A DNA stretch of 64,000 nt from Eubacteriales bacterium (GTDB taxonomy: Bacteria; Bacillota; Clostridia; Oscillospirales; CAG-272). This document shows, in pieces, positions 1 through 8,499 of this stretch (positions within the stretch are counted from its first letter, which is position 1; every line of letters begins with the position of its first letter). The stretch is from NCBI GenBank assembly GCA_045653945.1, contig JAZOML010000004.1, positions 57,095 to 121,094 on the forward strand. The letters are read 5' to 3'. The notes beneath the pieces are model-generated. The model worked only from the letters and a program-made list of their open reading frames with translations, searched no databases and was not told the origin of the DNA. Position numbers and translations under genes: made by a program.

Positions 1-36
1 GTTCCACACCTCAGGTATAAAATTTGCGTATGCCAT
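1..36 (-). CDS. Major capsid protein, first 12 codons only (the gene runs off the left edge)
   Basis: The reverse strand reads AAGGAG, then 11 nt, then ATG GCA TAC GCA AAT TTT ATA CCT GAG GTG TGG AAC (MAYANFIPEVWN). It lies directly after the scaffold gene. The F-I-P-E-V-W N-terminal motif is recalled from phage capsid proteins. Confidence 0.45.
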   Translation of the reverse strand, partial: MAYANFIPEVWN

Positions 37-82
37 AATTTAAAATTCTCCTTTTATTTTCATATTTTGTTTGGGTAATTTA

Positions 83-910
83 TTACCATTTAACCATTGA
101 CCGCCTTATAGCATCATAATTGTCGTGAATTTGCTTTGCGGTCATAGCCTTTACCTCATCACGGGTAAAGTGCTTTTCACTGCTCTCCCCAGCGCTTGCA
201 AGAGCACCGGGAGAAGCCTTTGCGTTAGCAACCATCTGCGCGGCTCTGTCGTTTGCCTTCTTTTCAAGATCAGAGCTGAAACGAATAAAGCCCTCGTATA
301 TCTGCTTTAAGGGAACACGCCCAACCTTACCGTCGGCGTAACTGTTGAACGCCTCATCCTTGATGAGATCGTCAATGTTAACATCGGGATAAGAGGTGCG
401 CATATCCTCAAGCTCGGTATTCATACGGGCAGTTACCTGCTCGGCCCTTGCCGCCTCGGCTGCCTGCGCTTTTTTGCGGTCCTTCATATGCTTCATATAG
501 TCCGCAACAGGATCGCCGCCGCTCTGCTTTATTTCCTGCATAGCAAGAAATTCCTCAACGTCGTCAGCGTCCTTCATTTCTTCCTCGGTAAAGGGATTAA
601 CCCCACCGAGTGCTCTTATGGTCGCCTTTACCTCGGCGTCCTTAATTGCCTTCTGACGCTCTGCTTCTCTGCGCCTCTCGGCATACTCGGAGTTACGTGT
701 TCCCTTGCTCTGCTTTGCCTTGTCGCCCTCGGCAGCTACCCCTTCGGCTTTGGCATCACCACTTGCATCGGAACCGTCTGTAAAGCTTGCCTCACTTGCA
801 CTCTCCGCCTGTGCCTGTGCAGCATTGTCGGTACCCGCGTTTTCACCGACTGCGGCAGAGACGTCCTGCGCCTCCCCGCTTGTTTGCGCGGCATTTTTAA
901 TTTCGTCCAT
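83..910 (-). CDS. Phage head scaffolding protein (candidate)
   Basis: A 275-aa ORF between the portal and capsid genes. It has an acidic low-complexity N-terminus and a charged helical core (AERRREAERQKAIKDAE). Confidence 0.5.
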   Translation of the reverse strand: MDEIKNAAQTSGEAQDVSAAVGENAGTDNAAQAQAESASEASFTDGSDASGDAKAEGVAAEGDKAKQSKGTRNSEYAERRREAERQKAIKDAEVKATIRALGGVNPFTEEEMKDADDVEEFLAMQEIKQSGGDPVADYMKHMKDRKKAQAAEAARAEQVTARMNTELEDMRTSYPDVNIDDLIKDEAFNSYADGKVGRVPLKQIYEGFIRFSSDLEKKANDRAAQMVANAKASPGALASAGESSEKHFTRDEVKAMTAKQIHDNYDAIRRSMVKW

Positions 911-1137
911 ATAGAACTCCTGTAAATAAAACCCGAAACGCTTCGGCTTTTACCTTTTGCGATTTTTCCGCGTTCGCCTGCGAGATTTATATAGGGCTTT
1001 TCGCGCTATCCCCAAGCGTAAATTTACTTTTTATACACCCGCACTGTGCGGGAGCACTATTTGCCTGCAGGTGCGTACCTGCATTTTTTCGCTATTCATT
1101 GCGTATATAACACCGCGCCTGCGGTCATTATCTTTAT

Positions 1138-3042
1138 TTACTGTGCCGGCAACCCTTCAGTATTAGCTATATGCCTTGCAAACGCACTTGCATCAGCCGT
1201 AACCTCATCTATTGCCTGCTTATCCGCTTGCAACTGCTGATTTGCAAGCTGTATCTTACCTCTCGCCTCGGCATAAAGCCTTGCGATAAACTCGTCCTTC
1301 TTGCCGTTTTCCTGTATCAGCTGCATTACACTCGATACAGCAGCCTGCGACTGCTTCATACTTTCCTGCATAGCCGCCATTTGCTGCTCATACTGTTTTA
1401 ACTGCCCCTGTAAAGCAAGCACCGTTGACTGCTCCGCTTCATCAATAGCACGAAGCAGCTCGCTCTTGTTGGATATTGAATCACTCGGGAACGCCGAAAC
1501 GTATCCCCTTGCGTTAATTGCTCCCGCCTTAAAGAGAACGTCAAGCAGGTTGATATCACCGGCAGAGGATGAAAGCGTACCCTTTGTCGTTTCTACAACG
1601 ACGTCAAGCTCAGCACTCGCATACTCCTCACCGTTAAATACGTCGGACTGCATCGCAGCGTCCTCGCCCTCGCCGTCCTTGTATGAAAACTCCTTGCCCT
1701 GATAGTAAAGCTTGAAGAACTGCGCAAGAACACGCCCCTGCTTCTCTTTAACCTGCCAGAACGTGCGACGAAGATCCTCGATCGGCATCTGTGCCTGCGA
1801 CTGAAGCTGAGCAATAGCCGCACCCGACATATTCGCTCCGATAGCCTCGCCCGTCATTACCTCACTCGCACCGCTTACGTTCCTCGTCATCTGCATAATG
1901 CTGTCAACGATAGCCATAGGCTGACTCTGCATAACCTGCTCGGACATCTTCTTGATACCGCTGCCGGTTTTGGAATAATCTATAAGCACCTGCCCGGGCT
2001 CATTGGTAATAGTCTGTGAGCCGAGAGCGTTCGGAAGTGCAATATACTTGCCCCAAGCAAGCTGCTGATTGTTATATAAGGTCATAGCAACGTTGAAATT
2101 GATAGCCTTCTGATTTGGAATAAGACCCTCAACCTCACTGAGACCGTAAATAGACTTTTCACGCTTCTCGTAATTACCGACAACGATAGGATAAAGATGA
2201 GCCTTAACGCTATCCTTTATCAGATTAACCTCGTGATTGTCGGGGAGCGAATTGTTCGGTGCGTCAGCTGTTCCCTCAATGCCGAGCGAACGCTTTGCCG
2301 CCTCGATATCGGGAGCAATAGAAAACGCCTTGTTGATGATAGCACCCTTGACCGCCTTCTCGCAGAAAACCTCGCCGCCACGACGGAAATACCTCGTAAG
2401 AACGGTGCAAAGCTCACTGCCCTCCTGCTCGACTGTACCGTAGGTGTCGTCAGCTGTGTCGCTCTTGATAAGCTCCTTGTCAACACCCTTGTCGGCTTTC
2501 GCCCGAACACTGTCAACACTCTCGCGGGAAACAATGATTATCCACTTCTGCTTCTGCTCGTCAAGCTCGGTAGGATCCGCAAACAGAATGTCAAGTGCGT
2601 CAATTATCTCGCAACGCAGAGCACCCGACTTTATACCGTCCTTGCCGCGAGCCTCACTGTCCCAATAATAATGGTAAAAGTAACAGCCCTTCTTAACACC
2701 GTCGCTTATAGCATCACTGTCAAGTCGGTCCTGCCCTATTTCCTTTTGTATGTAATCGGAAAAACGGTTGAACTTCTCGGTGTCAACACTCTGGTCCTCC
2801 GCCTCGTAAACGATACGCACGGGAGAAGACAGAATAGCCGCCTTCTTTGACCTGCATATCATCTTGATAATGTTGATAACGGGACGAGGCATATTCTTCG
2901 TCAACTTCGTCGGCGCGGGCCACTGATCGCCCTCGTAAAACTTAACGAACTGCGGCAGCTTCTTTCGCAAACCGCTGTTTCCAAGATAAGCAATACCGTT
3001 TTCATAGTCCTTCCAGACAGAAGTAATCGTTTCATCACTCAT
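1138..3042 (-). CDS. Phage portal protein
   Basis: A 634-aa ORF downstream of the terL block. Its size, position and Q-rich coiled-coil C-terminus are typical of siphovirus portals. The antisense ORFs in the track are shorter and were rejected. Confidence 0.8.
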   Translation of the reverse strand: MSDETITSVWKDYENGIAYLGNSGLRKKLPQFVKFYEGDQWPAPTKLTKNMPRPVINIIKMICRSKKAAILSSPVRIVYEAEDQSVDTEKFNRFSDYIQKEIGQDRLDSDAISDGVKKGCYFYHYYWDSEARGKDGIKSGALRCEIIDALDILFADPTELDEQKQKWIIIVSRESVDSVRAKADKGVDKELIKSDTADDTYGTVEQEGSELCTVLTRYFRRGGEVFCEKAVKGAIINKAFSIAPDIEAAKRSLGIEGTADAPNNSLPDNHEVNLIKDSVKAHLYPIVVGNYEKREKSIYGLSEVEGLIPNQKAINFNVAMTLYNNQQLAWGKYIALPNALGSQTITNEPGQVLIDYSKTGSGIKKMSEQVMQSQPMAIVDSIMQMTRNVSGASEVMTGEAIGANMSGAAIAQLQSQAQMPIEDLRRTFWQVKEKQGRVLAQFFKLYYQGKEFSYKDGEGEDAAMQSDVFNGEEYASAELDVVVETTKGTLSSSAGDINLLDVLFKAGAINARGYVSAFPSDSISNKSELLRAIDEAEQSTVLALQGQLKQYEQQMAAMQESMKQSQAAVSSVMQLIQENGKKDEFIARLYAEARGKIQLANQQLQADKQAIDEVTADASAFARHIANTEGLPAQ

Positions 3043-3401
3043 TACTCGCTACCGTCCTTTGCTCCGTTTAAATACTCGTCAAGTATCTGCGCGGCAGTTA
3101 CAGTATCCTGCCTGTCGCTCTCATAAGAGCCGATACGCTCACCAAGAGCCTTAAACTCGCCAAGCATCTCACCGCCAAGAGCCTTTATAGCCCTTAAAGC
3201 CTCACCATTTTCGCCCGAAAGCTGCTCGTAACCCTTTTTCTGCGTTAACCCGACCTGCTGAACAAAACCGTAAATATCGTTAACCTTTCTTGACAAATCC
3301 TTTACGATACCATACATCTCCACACAAAGCTCAAAAGCCTTCGTGGCATCAGATTTCTTTTTCTTAAATAACATACCGTATATCCTCTCTTTATAATTCA
3401 T
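3042..3401 (-). CDS. Hypothetical phage protein between terL and portal
   Basis: A 119-aa ORF. Its start overlaps the terL 3' end and its stop overlaps the portal ATG (TAATG), which suggests translational coupling. Confidence 0.6.
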   Translation of the reverse strand: MNYKERIYGMLFKKKKSDATKAFELCVEMYGIVKDLSRKVNDIYGFVQQVGLTQKKGYEQLSGENGEALRAIKALGGEMLGEFKALGERIGSYESDRQDTVTAAQILDEYLNGAKDGSE

Positions 3402-5226
3402 CCCAGTTTATAAACGAACCGCCATTATCCCCAAACGCCTCGGGATTTGCAAAGCCACTTTCACCGCCGCTAAAATGCCGCTTGATGAAATCATCTTCAA
3501 CACCCTGCGGCTCAATCCAAGTGCTGACCTGCTGACCGCTTATGAAATGAGCGATGGCAAGCGCTAAAACGAGGTCGTCGTGCTGACCGTCAAGGGCCTC
3601 CTGACGCCCGTTTGCTTTCTTGACAAAAACGCTCATCTCTTTAAGCGTAGCAATATCACACTCAATGCAAGGATCCTCACGGAATAAACGAACAAGCTCC
3701 GCAATTATAATCGGACGCGTCTTTGACGTCGTATTAAATCCCGCGTCGAGCACAACCTCGTCGTGCACACCGTCAAGCCTTTCACGCATATAAACGTTTG
3801 AATAACCGTACTCCTGCGTAATAATTCGCATCGGCTCACGGGAATAATTGATTTCAACACCGATAAGAGCATCGTGATAATATTTCCCAAGACAAATAAG
3901 CTGCTCCGCATACTCGTCCTCGTCCATACGCTGACGGTGAAGCGTCGCAACGGTCCGCCCACTCATACAGTTGATAACCTTTGCACTGAAATAGTCCTCG
4001 CCCGAGCCGGCAGTATCACCGCCAATGGCATAAGGAGCAAGACCTGTAACAGCACCCACGCCGTTCTTTTTCGTTTCAGGCTCTGTATGAATGCGAATAA
4101 ACCCGTCCTTTCGCTCCACAAAACGAATGTCAACCAGCTTCTTCTCCTCGCCAACCTTTACACGCCCGTCATAGATAGGCTCGTAAACCTTGCGATACTC
4201 AAAGCAACCAACCTTGACAGGCTGAATAGACGAGCAAGCCACAAGCCTGCCCGAAAGCTTCTCCATATCAAATACACAGTCGCCCGAAGCAACAAACGCT
4301 TCCTCGGGAGAGCAAGGATACTCCTGACGAATAGAGGACTTGTCAAGATAACTCTCATACTTCTTGCAGTACCACGTTACCTGCTCCTTATCAAGCCCCA
4401 TTTCATAAAGTAACTTGATACGCTCTATAAGCCAACTGTCATTTGTCTGTAAATACTCATACTCGGTGGAGCGATACTCGTCGGTAAGCCACCAACCGTA
4501 AAAGCACTTGACACAAGAGCCGCTGTCCCACATATCCTTTATCTCGTTAAAGCCGTTTGCAGTAGTTTCATATACCACAATAGCGTCAGAGGTAAGCGCC
4601 TCACCGATACCCTTTTGCAGCTCGGCAAGAGAACAGGTGTAGAAAGCAGCCTCGGAGAAATGAGCAAAGCTGAGCGTCATTCCTCGGAATATGTTATCCT
4701 CGGCAGTCGCAACACGCCAAGAGGAATTTAACTTGTCAAAGAAATACTCCGTCTTTGAATTGAACTTGATAGACGGCTTTAAAGCCTCAGGCAAACGGTC
4801 AAATACCACCTTTGCCTTGTCGTTGAATATAGCCTTTGTGCTGTCGCTTCGGTGCGAAATGGTAGCACCGGCAAAATTCTTTCTCGTTATAGAAAACGCA
4901 AGCTGAATAGCGGTAATAACAGAGGTAAAGCCCTGCTGCCGCCCTTTAAGTATCAGATAAGGAAGTCGAGTGCCGTTTTCTTCAAGCCGAGAAATAAAAT
5001 CAAGCTGAACGGCATTCAAAAAGAACGGAACACGCTTCTTTTTCTTGTCAATAATGTAAAAACACGCCTCAATAAGCAGATACGGACGCTCAAGCACCTC
5101 GCTCCGCAGCGAAGGCTCGGATAAAATCTTCTGCACAGCCGCATCAACAAGCCGCTTATCAAACTCAATGTCCTGCTTCTGTGCCCACCGAATTTTCCTC
5201 TTGTCAATAATGTCCTGTACGGTCAT
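3391..5226 (-). CDS. terL: Terminase large subunit
   Basis: A 611-aa ORF with an ATGA overlap to the terS stop. It has an N-terminal ATPase-like region (LILKGRQQGFTS) and C-terminal nuclease-type acidic motifs (GGDTAGSGEDY, DGQHDDLVLALAIA). Confidence 0.85.
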   Translation of the reverse strand: MTVQDIIDKRKIRWAQKQDIEFDKRLVDAAVQKILSEPSLRSEVLERPYLLIEACFYIIDKKKKRVPFFLNAVQLDFISRLEENGTRLPYLILKGRQQGFTSVITAIQLAFSITRKNFAGATISHRSDSTKAIFNDKAKVVFDRLPEALKPSIKFNSKTEYFFDKLNSSWRVATAEDNIFRGMTLSFAHFSEAAFYTCSLAELQKGIGEALTSDAIVVYETTANGFNEIKDMWDSGSCVKCFYGWWLTDEYRSTEYEYLQTNDSWLIERIKLLYEMGLDKEQVTWYCKKYESYLDKSSIRQEYPCSPEEAFVASGDCVFDMEKLSGRLVACSSIQPVKVGCFEYRKVYEPIYDGRVKVGEEKKLVDIRFVERKDGFIRIHTEPETKKNGVGAVTGLAPYAIGGDTAGSGEDYFSAKVINCMSGRTVATLHRQRMDEDEYAEQLICLGKYYHDALIGVEINYSREPMRIITQEYGYSNVYMRERLDGVHDEVVLDAGFNTTSKTRPIIIAELVRLFREDPCIECDIATLKEMSVFVKKANGRQEALDGQHDDLVLALAIAHFISGQQVSTWIEPQGVEDDFIKRHFSGGESGFANPEAFGDNGGSFINWDEL

Positions 5227-5711
5227 AATTCCTCAAATCTCACAACGCCGCCGTGATTTACAGTCGGCTCATTGGACGCAAGCGCATACTTGTCATACAT
5301 AGTGCCCATAATTACACCAAGCTTTGAAAGGTCGGGAAGCTCAATAGCCGAAAGCTTGTTAATCAATGCACGCTTGTCCGCAAAGGTAACGTCCTCGTCA
5401 GTATTTTCAACAATTTCATCAATAAGCTTGTCAATAGCGTCCTCGCTACGTTCTACTCTTTCAAGCCGCCTCATAATTAAACGCTGCGACCTCATAACAC
5501 AGTCCCAAGCGTTCTTGATGAACTCCTCTTTTTTTTGACTTTTAAGTTCTTCAAAGTGAGGATCGTCCTTTCCCTGCCGCACGTTCCAGCCGTAAACGGT
5601 GTTGTAATTAAGATTAAGCTCCTTTGCAACGTCAGGTACGCTCTTGCCACTCGCAAGCAAAGCGAGAGCTTTTTCCTTTATCTCCGCACCAAATTTCTTT
5701 CCCTGTGCCAC
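5223..5711 (-). CDS. terS: Terminase small subunit with N-terminal HTH
   Basis: An HTH (SVPDVAKELNLNYNTVYGW) directly upstream of terL. The start was moved to the second GTG at 5711 because AAAGGTG lies about 7-9 nt upstream of it. The track start at 5717 is too close to the RBS. Confidence 0.75.
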   Translation of the reverse strand: MAQGKKFGAEIKEKALALLASGKSVPDVAKELNLNYNTVYGWNVRQGKDDPHFEELKSQKKEEFIKNAWDCVMRSQRLIMRRLERVERSEDAIDKLIDEIVENTDEDVTFADKRALINKLSAIELPDLSKLGVIMGTMYDKYALASNEPTVNHGGVVRFEEL

Positions 5712-5852
5712 AAACACACACCTTTCTTATAAAATATTTCGCCATTACTCGCCCTGACGAAATAGAACAGCCTACAAACGTACACCGCCGACGAGAACAA
5801 ATGTACGCCGCCTCGGAGCGCAAGACAAAAAATGCTCCGAGGAACACGCTTT

Positions 5853-5948
5853 TGGTAGCGGTGATTGGATTTGAACCAATATCCCGAGCCAGACCCCCGT
5901 CCGCTCGCTGCATTACCTCGGCACCAGAAAACCGTCGCACACACCGCC
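5853..5948 (-). ncRNA. tRNA-like RNA of 96 nt: 7-bp acceptor stem, canonical T-arm and encoded CCA, but no canonical anticodon arm
   Basis: The reverse strand reads GGCGGTG...ATTGG-TTCAAAT-CCAAT-CACCGCT-A-CCA. Internal hairpins are GCGACGG-TTTT-CTGGTGC and CGAGCGGAC-GGGG-GTCTGGCTCG. No 5-bp stem with a 7-nt loop exists in any register. Confidence 0.5.
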
Positions 5949-5984
5949 ATAGCTTTGAAACCCTTTGAAGTTTCTCATAACTAT

Positions 5985-6013
5985 ATTGTACCACGCCAAA
6001 ATTTAAATTTCTA
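5985..6013 (-). promoter_or_regulatory. Candidate promoter for the late (tRNA-like/terS) transcript
   Basis: The minus strand reads TAGAAA-17 nt-TGG-TACAAT (extended -10, weak -35). It lies downstream of the late-activator terminator and about 30 nt upstream of the tRNA-like 5' end. Confidence 0.4.
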
Positions 6014-6069
6014 CCCCTAAACCGCCATTTTTGACTATAAAAACCCACATTTCACCACAAAAAGTGCGA

Positions 6070-6102
6070 ACAAAACAAAAAAAGGACACCGTTTCCGATG
6101 TC
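6070..6102 (-). terminator. Intrinsic terminator after the late-activator gene
   Basis: The minus strand reads GGACATCG-GAAA-CGGTGTCC (8 bp including one G-U pair) followed by TTTTTTTGTTTTG. Confidence 0.75.
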
Positions 6103-6140
6103 CCTTTTGCTAAATATTTAGTTAATCTCGCCAAGCAAAA

Positions 6141-6536
6141 TCAGAGTAACCCACTCTCCGCAAGCTTCTCGGCAACCCTGTTTATACGAGCCTCAACACC
6201 CCTTACAGTGTAGCCAAGCAGCTCCGCAAGCTCGGCGTGCGACTTCGTTCCGAGATACCCCTCTCGGATGATAAGCCTGTCGATAACGTCAAGACAGCTG
6301 ATAGCACTTTCATAACGCTTTTCAAGATCGTCAAGCTCGTATATTCTCTGCTGTATCTCTTTTTCCTTTTCTTTAATGTATGCTTCAACGCTCTCAATCC
6401 TTGCAGGACTTCCCTTGCTCTCCTTCAAAAAAGCAAGCTGCTGCTTTTTTCCTTCAAGTGCGGTTATCATACCGTCAATATCCCGCCTGCCATACTTTAT
6501 AAGCCTTAAATCACTCTTTACCTTCTCCGCTGTCAT
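6141..6536 (-). CDS. Late-gene transcriptional activator, sigma-70 region-4-like HTH (ArpU/RinA-type position)
   Basis: A 131-aa ORF whose C-terminus (SHAELAELLGYTVRGVEARINRVAEKL) resembles a sigma region 4.2 HTH. It is the last gene before the terminase module. Confidence 0.6.
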   Translation of the reverse strand: MTAEKVKSDLRLIKYGRRDIDGMITALEGKKQQLAFLKESKGSPARIESVEAYIKEKEKEIQQRIYELDDLEKRYESAISCLDVIDRLIIREGYLGTKSHAELAELLGYTVRGVEARINRVAEKLAESGLL

Positions 6537-6771
6537 TTCCTTTTCCCTCCTGATATAAAATCACTAAAACACAGTTTTCCAGCTTACTTCTTTCCTCAAA
6601 GTCAAGCTTACGCTCTGCCCTCGCCTCAACCTCGTCAGCGATACCGCAGGCGAAACGGTCATCGCTGATACTCTTGTCCTTCCGACGCTTTGCGCCTGCC
6701 GCATACCCGACAATAAAACACGAAAGACACACAATAAGCCAAAGCACCAATGCAATCTTGTACTCAATCAT
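6511..6771 (-). CDS. Small phage membrane protein
   Basis: An 86-aa ORF with an N-terminal TM helix (IALVLWLIVCLSCFIVGYAAG). It is co-oriented with and packed into the operon. Confidence 0.55.
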   Translation of the reverse strand: MIEYKIALVLWLIVCLSCFIVGYAAGAKRRKDKSISDDRFACGIADEVEARAERKLDFEERSKLENCVLVILYQEGKGNDSGEGKE

Positions 6772-6782
6772 ATCGGCACCCT

Positions 6783-7169
6783 TTAATATTCAATCGACGT
6801 ACCAAAATCGTGATACTCTTTTAAATACCAAAACGCCTTCTTGATTTCCTCGACGTCGCCACTCTCTTTGTATCTGGTAAGACAGTCAAGAGCGTGCTGC
6901 GGAAAGCTCTCCTCGTCATCATCAGCATACTCGGGCGCTTCGATATCAAACATAAACTTAATCAGATAATCGGTTGCAAGCTCCTCAAGCTCCAGCTTTT
7001 TCCAATAAACCTTTAAACGAGGATCATCTGCGGCATCCATTGGATCATACCCGGCATCAAGGAACGCCTCCATCTCGTCGCCTGCCTCATCTGCTATCGA
7101 GATGCTCTCCTTGAGACTCTCAATAGCCTCACCTACAAAATTCTGCGCATTTTCAAATTTCTTTTCCAT
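6783..7169 (-). CDS. Highly acidic 128-aa phage protein, function unknown
   Basis: The ORF has RBS AAAGGAG upstream. The sequence is D/E-rich throughout (DEAGDEMEAFLDAGYDPMDAADD, EYADDDEESF). It is preceded by its own strong promoter. Confidence 0.7.
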   Translation of the reverse strand: MEKKFENAQNFVGEAIESLKESISIADEAGDEMEAFLDAGYDPMDAADDPRLKVYWKKLELEELATDYLIKFMFDIEAPEYADDDEESFPQHALDCLTRYKESGDVEEIKKAFWYLKEYHDFGTSIEY

Positions 7170-7190
7170 TTGTTTTTTCTCCTTTTCTTT

Positions 7191-7242
7191 TTTGAAAAAT
7201 TAAAGAAGCATAACTCACCATTGCGCTTAGTAAGTTATGCTT
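7191..7242 (-). promoter_or_regulatory. Leader hairpin plus U-tract (attenuator or terminator-like) between the promoter and the acidic-protein gene
   Basis: The minus strand reads AAGCATAACT-17 nt-AGTTATGCTT (10 bp) followed by CTTTAATTTTTC. It starts within a few nt of the predicted TSS. Confidence 0.45.
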
Positions 7243-7249
7243 TGGTGAG

Positions 7250-7277
7250 ATTATATCACAAGATTTACGGTTGTCAA
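7250..7277 (-). promoter_or_regulatory. Internal prophage promoter
   Basis: The minus strand reads TTGACA-16 nt-TATAAT with TGa immediately upstream of the -10. An A/T-rich UP-like tract lies upstream (7278-7305). Confidence 0.6.
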
Positions 7278-7309
7278 TACTTTTTTTCAAAAAAAATAAA
7301 AAAATTTTT

Positions 7310-7534
7310 TCACCCCTTCTTTTCCTCATATTTTGCCTTTATAGCCGCCCTCTCCTGCTCCGTCAACCTCTGCTTTAACCTATCCTCGTGCTCGGCACGC
7401 TTCTTGGCAAGCTCCTCAGCAGTAAGCCTAAACGAACAACGGCCGCAAATCTTCTTTGTAAGGATAGAGCATTTATTATCACTCACCCTGAAAGCACAAT
7501 CATACGCCTTTCCCACTTTTGCCGCCCTCCTCAT
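7310..7534 (-). CDS. Small Cys-containing phage protein
   Basis: A 74-aa ORF (CAF..CSILTKKICGRC) with a charged helical C-terminus. It is packed in the operon. Confidence 0.5.
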   Translation of the reverse strand: MRRAAKVGKAYDCAFRVSDNKCSILTKKICGRCSFRLTAEELAKKRAEHEDRLKQRLTEQERAAIKAKYEEKKG

Positions 7535-7712
7535 ACTTCTTTAAACGCTCACGAACAACGTCCATAGCCTCGTTGTAGCCTCTGACATACTCCCTCTCGC
7601 ACTTTCTATCGCCAAAGCTGTCCTTTCCTATCACTATACATACTGTTGTTATAACACCTAAAAGTACTCCTAAGGCAAAAACTCCGATAGCCATAAAAAC
7701 ATTCAACATCAC
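7500..7712 (-). CDS. Small phage membrane protein
   Basis: A 70-aa ORF with one TM helix (VFMAIGVFALGVLLGVITTVCIVIG). Its start overlaps the upstream stop. Confidence 0.55.
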   Translation of the reverse strand: MMLNVFMAIGVFALGVLLGVITTVCIVIGKDSFGDRKCEREYVRGYNEAMDVVRERLKKYEEGGKSGKGV

Positions 7713-8062
7713 TCAAACACCTCCGTCTTGAATAAGTCCGCATCAACGTATACACTACCGTCTTGCCTTTCCCTGAGATAGACACCATAGTAGTCCATTA
7801 CAAGTTCGTCCTCTTCCGTCAAGGCAATGATTAGGTAAAAATACTCACCCCTCTCAAGAGTCTCATCCTCTACGGGAGTTACAATCCACATAATCTCCTT
7901 GCCCTCATATTGCTCGTTCTTGGCTATGTCATACTTTGCCCACTCAATAGGAGACTTCGCTTTTTGACTCCACTCATAAGACTCACAAGCGCTCCAAACG
8001 AACACCGTTAATATCGCTGAAAGTATTGCTGTTAAAATAACCGCTACAAAAATCTTTTTCAT
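7709..8062 (-). CDS. Secreted or membrane-anchored phage protein
   Basis: A 117-aa ORF with an N-terminal signal or anchor sequence (MKKIFVAVILTAILSAILTVFVWSAC). ATGA-type overlaps occur at both ends. Confidence 0.6.
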   Translation of the reverse strand: MKKIFVAVILTAILSAILTVFVWSACESYEWSQKAKSPIEWAKYDIAKNEQYEGKEIMWIVTPVEDETLERGEYFYLIIALTEEDELVMDYYGVYLRERQDGSVYVDADLFKTEVFE

Positions 8063-8499
8063 TTCTTTTCTTCCTCCGTATTTCCGTTTAATATTTTTCC
8101 TGCCACCTCATCAATAATGGCACACATCTCATCTTCGTCAAGATAAACGCCCTTAATGCGCTCTCTCAACCTATCACGAAACAATATAACCACCCTCTCG
8201 ACAGTCTTATAGTGCTCTTTTATTAATGTTACAGCACTTTTATAATTTGTCTCGCTAAGCTCCTTCACCTTCGCCCTCTCAAGCGCAAGCGTCTGGGAAT
8301 ATCCGTTCTCGCACTCCTTCAGCCTGTTCTCAAGCTTAAATATCTGCTCACCCTGTTCCTTGATAAGTGCGAGGGCATCTATCAAGCACTTTTTTCTGCA
8401 ACCGAATGTATCTTTACTTTTGTCTTTGTATTCACACTCTCGGCAAGGTTTCCCCGAAGTGCAACACTCCAAAGCCTTAATTATCTGTTCCTTTTCCAT
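8059..8499 (-). CDS. Hypothetical phage protein (Cys-rich N-terminus, coiled coil)
   Basis: The start was moved to MEKEQ because AAAGGAG lies 6 nt upstream. The longer track ORF (to 8640) lacks an RBS and overlaps the 68-aa ORF. Confidence 0.55.
   Translation of the reverse strand: MEKEQIIKALECCTSGKPCRECEYKDKSKDTFGCRKKCLIDALALIKEQGEQIFKLENRLKECENGYSQTLALERAKVKELSETNYKSAVTLIKEHYKTVERVVILFRDRLRERIKGVYLDEDEMCAIIDEVAGKILNGNTEEEKK

Noticed and set aside
5853-5948. Calling the tRNA-like element a canonical class II tRNA (Ser/Leu) or tRNA-Sec/suppressor
   Set aside because: Its length and the long D-like stem with a tetraloop are suggestive. However, no register gives a 5-bp stem with a 7-nt anticodon loop, and no UCA, CUA or UUA sits in a loop. 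It is kept as 'tRNA-like' only.
5624-6048. Three overlapping ORFs (114, 138 and 90 aa) in the terS/late-activator intergenic region
   Set aside because: They overlap one another on both strands, lack RBSs and have Arg/Cys/Ser-rich junk-like composition. They also cover the terminator, promoter and tRNA-like element that explain the region better.
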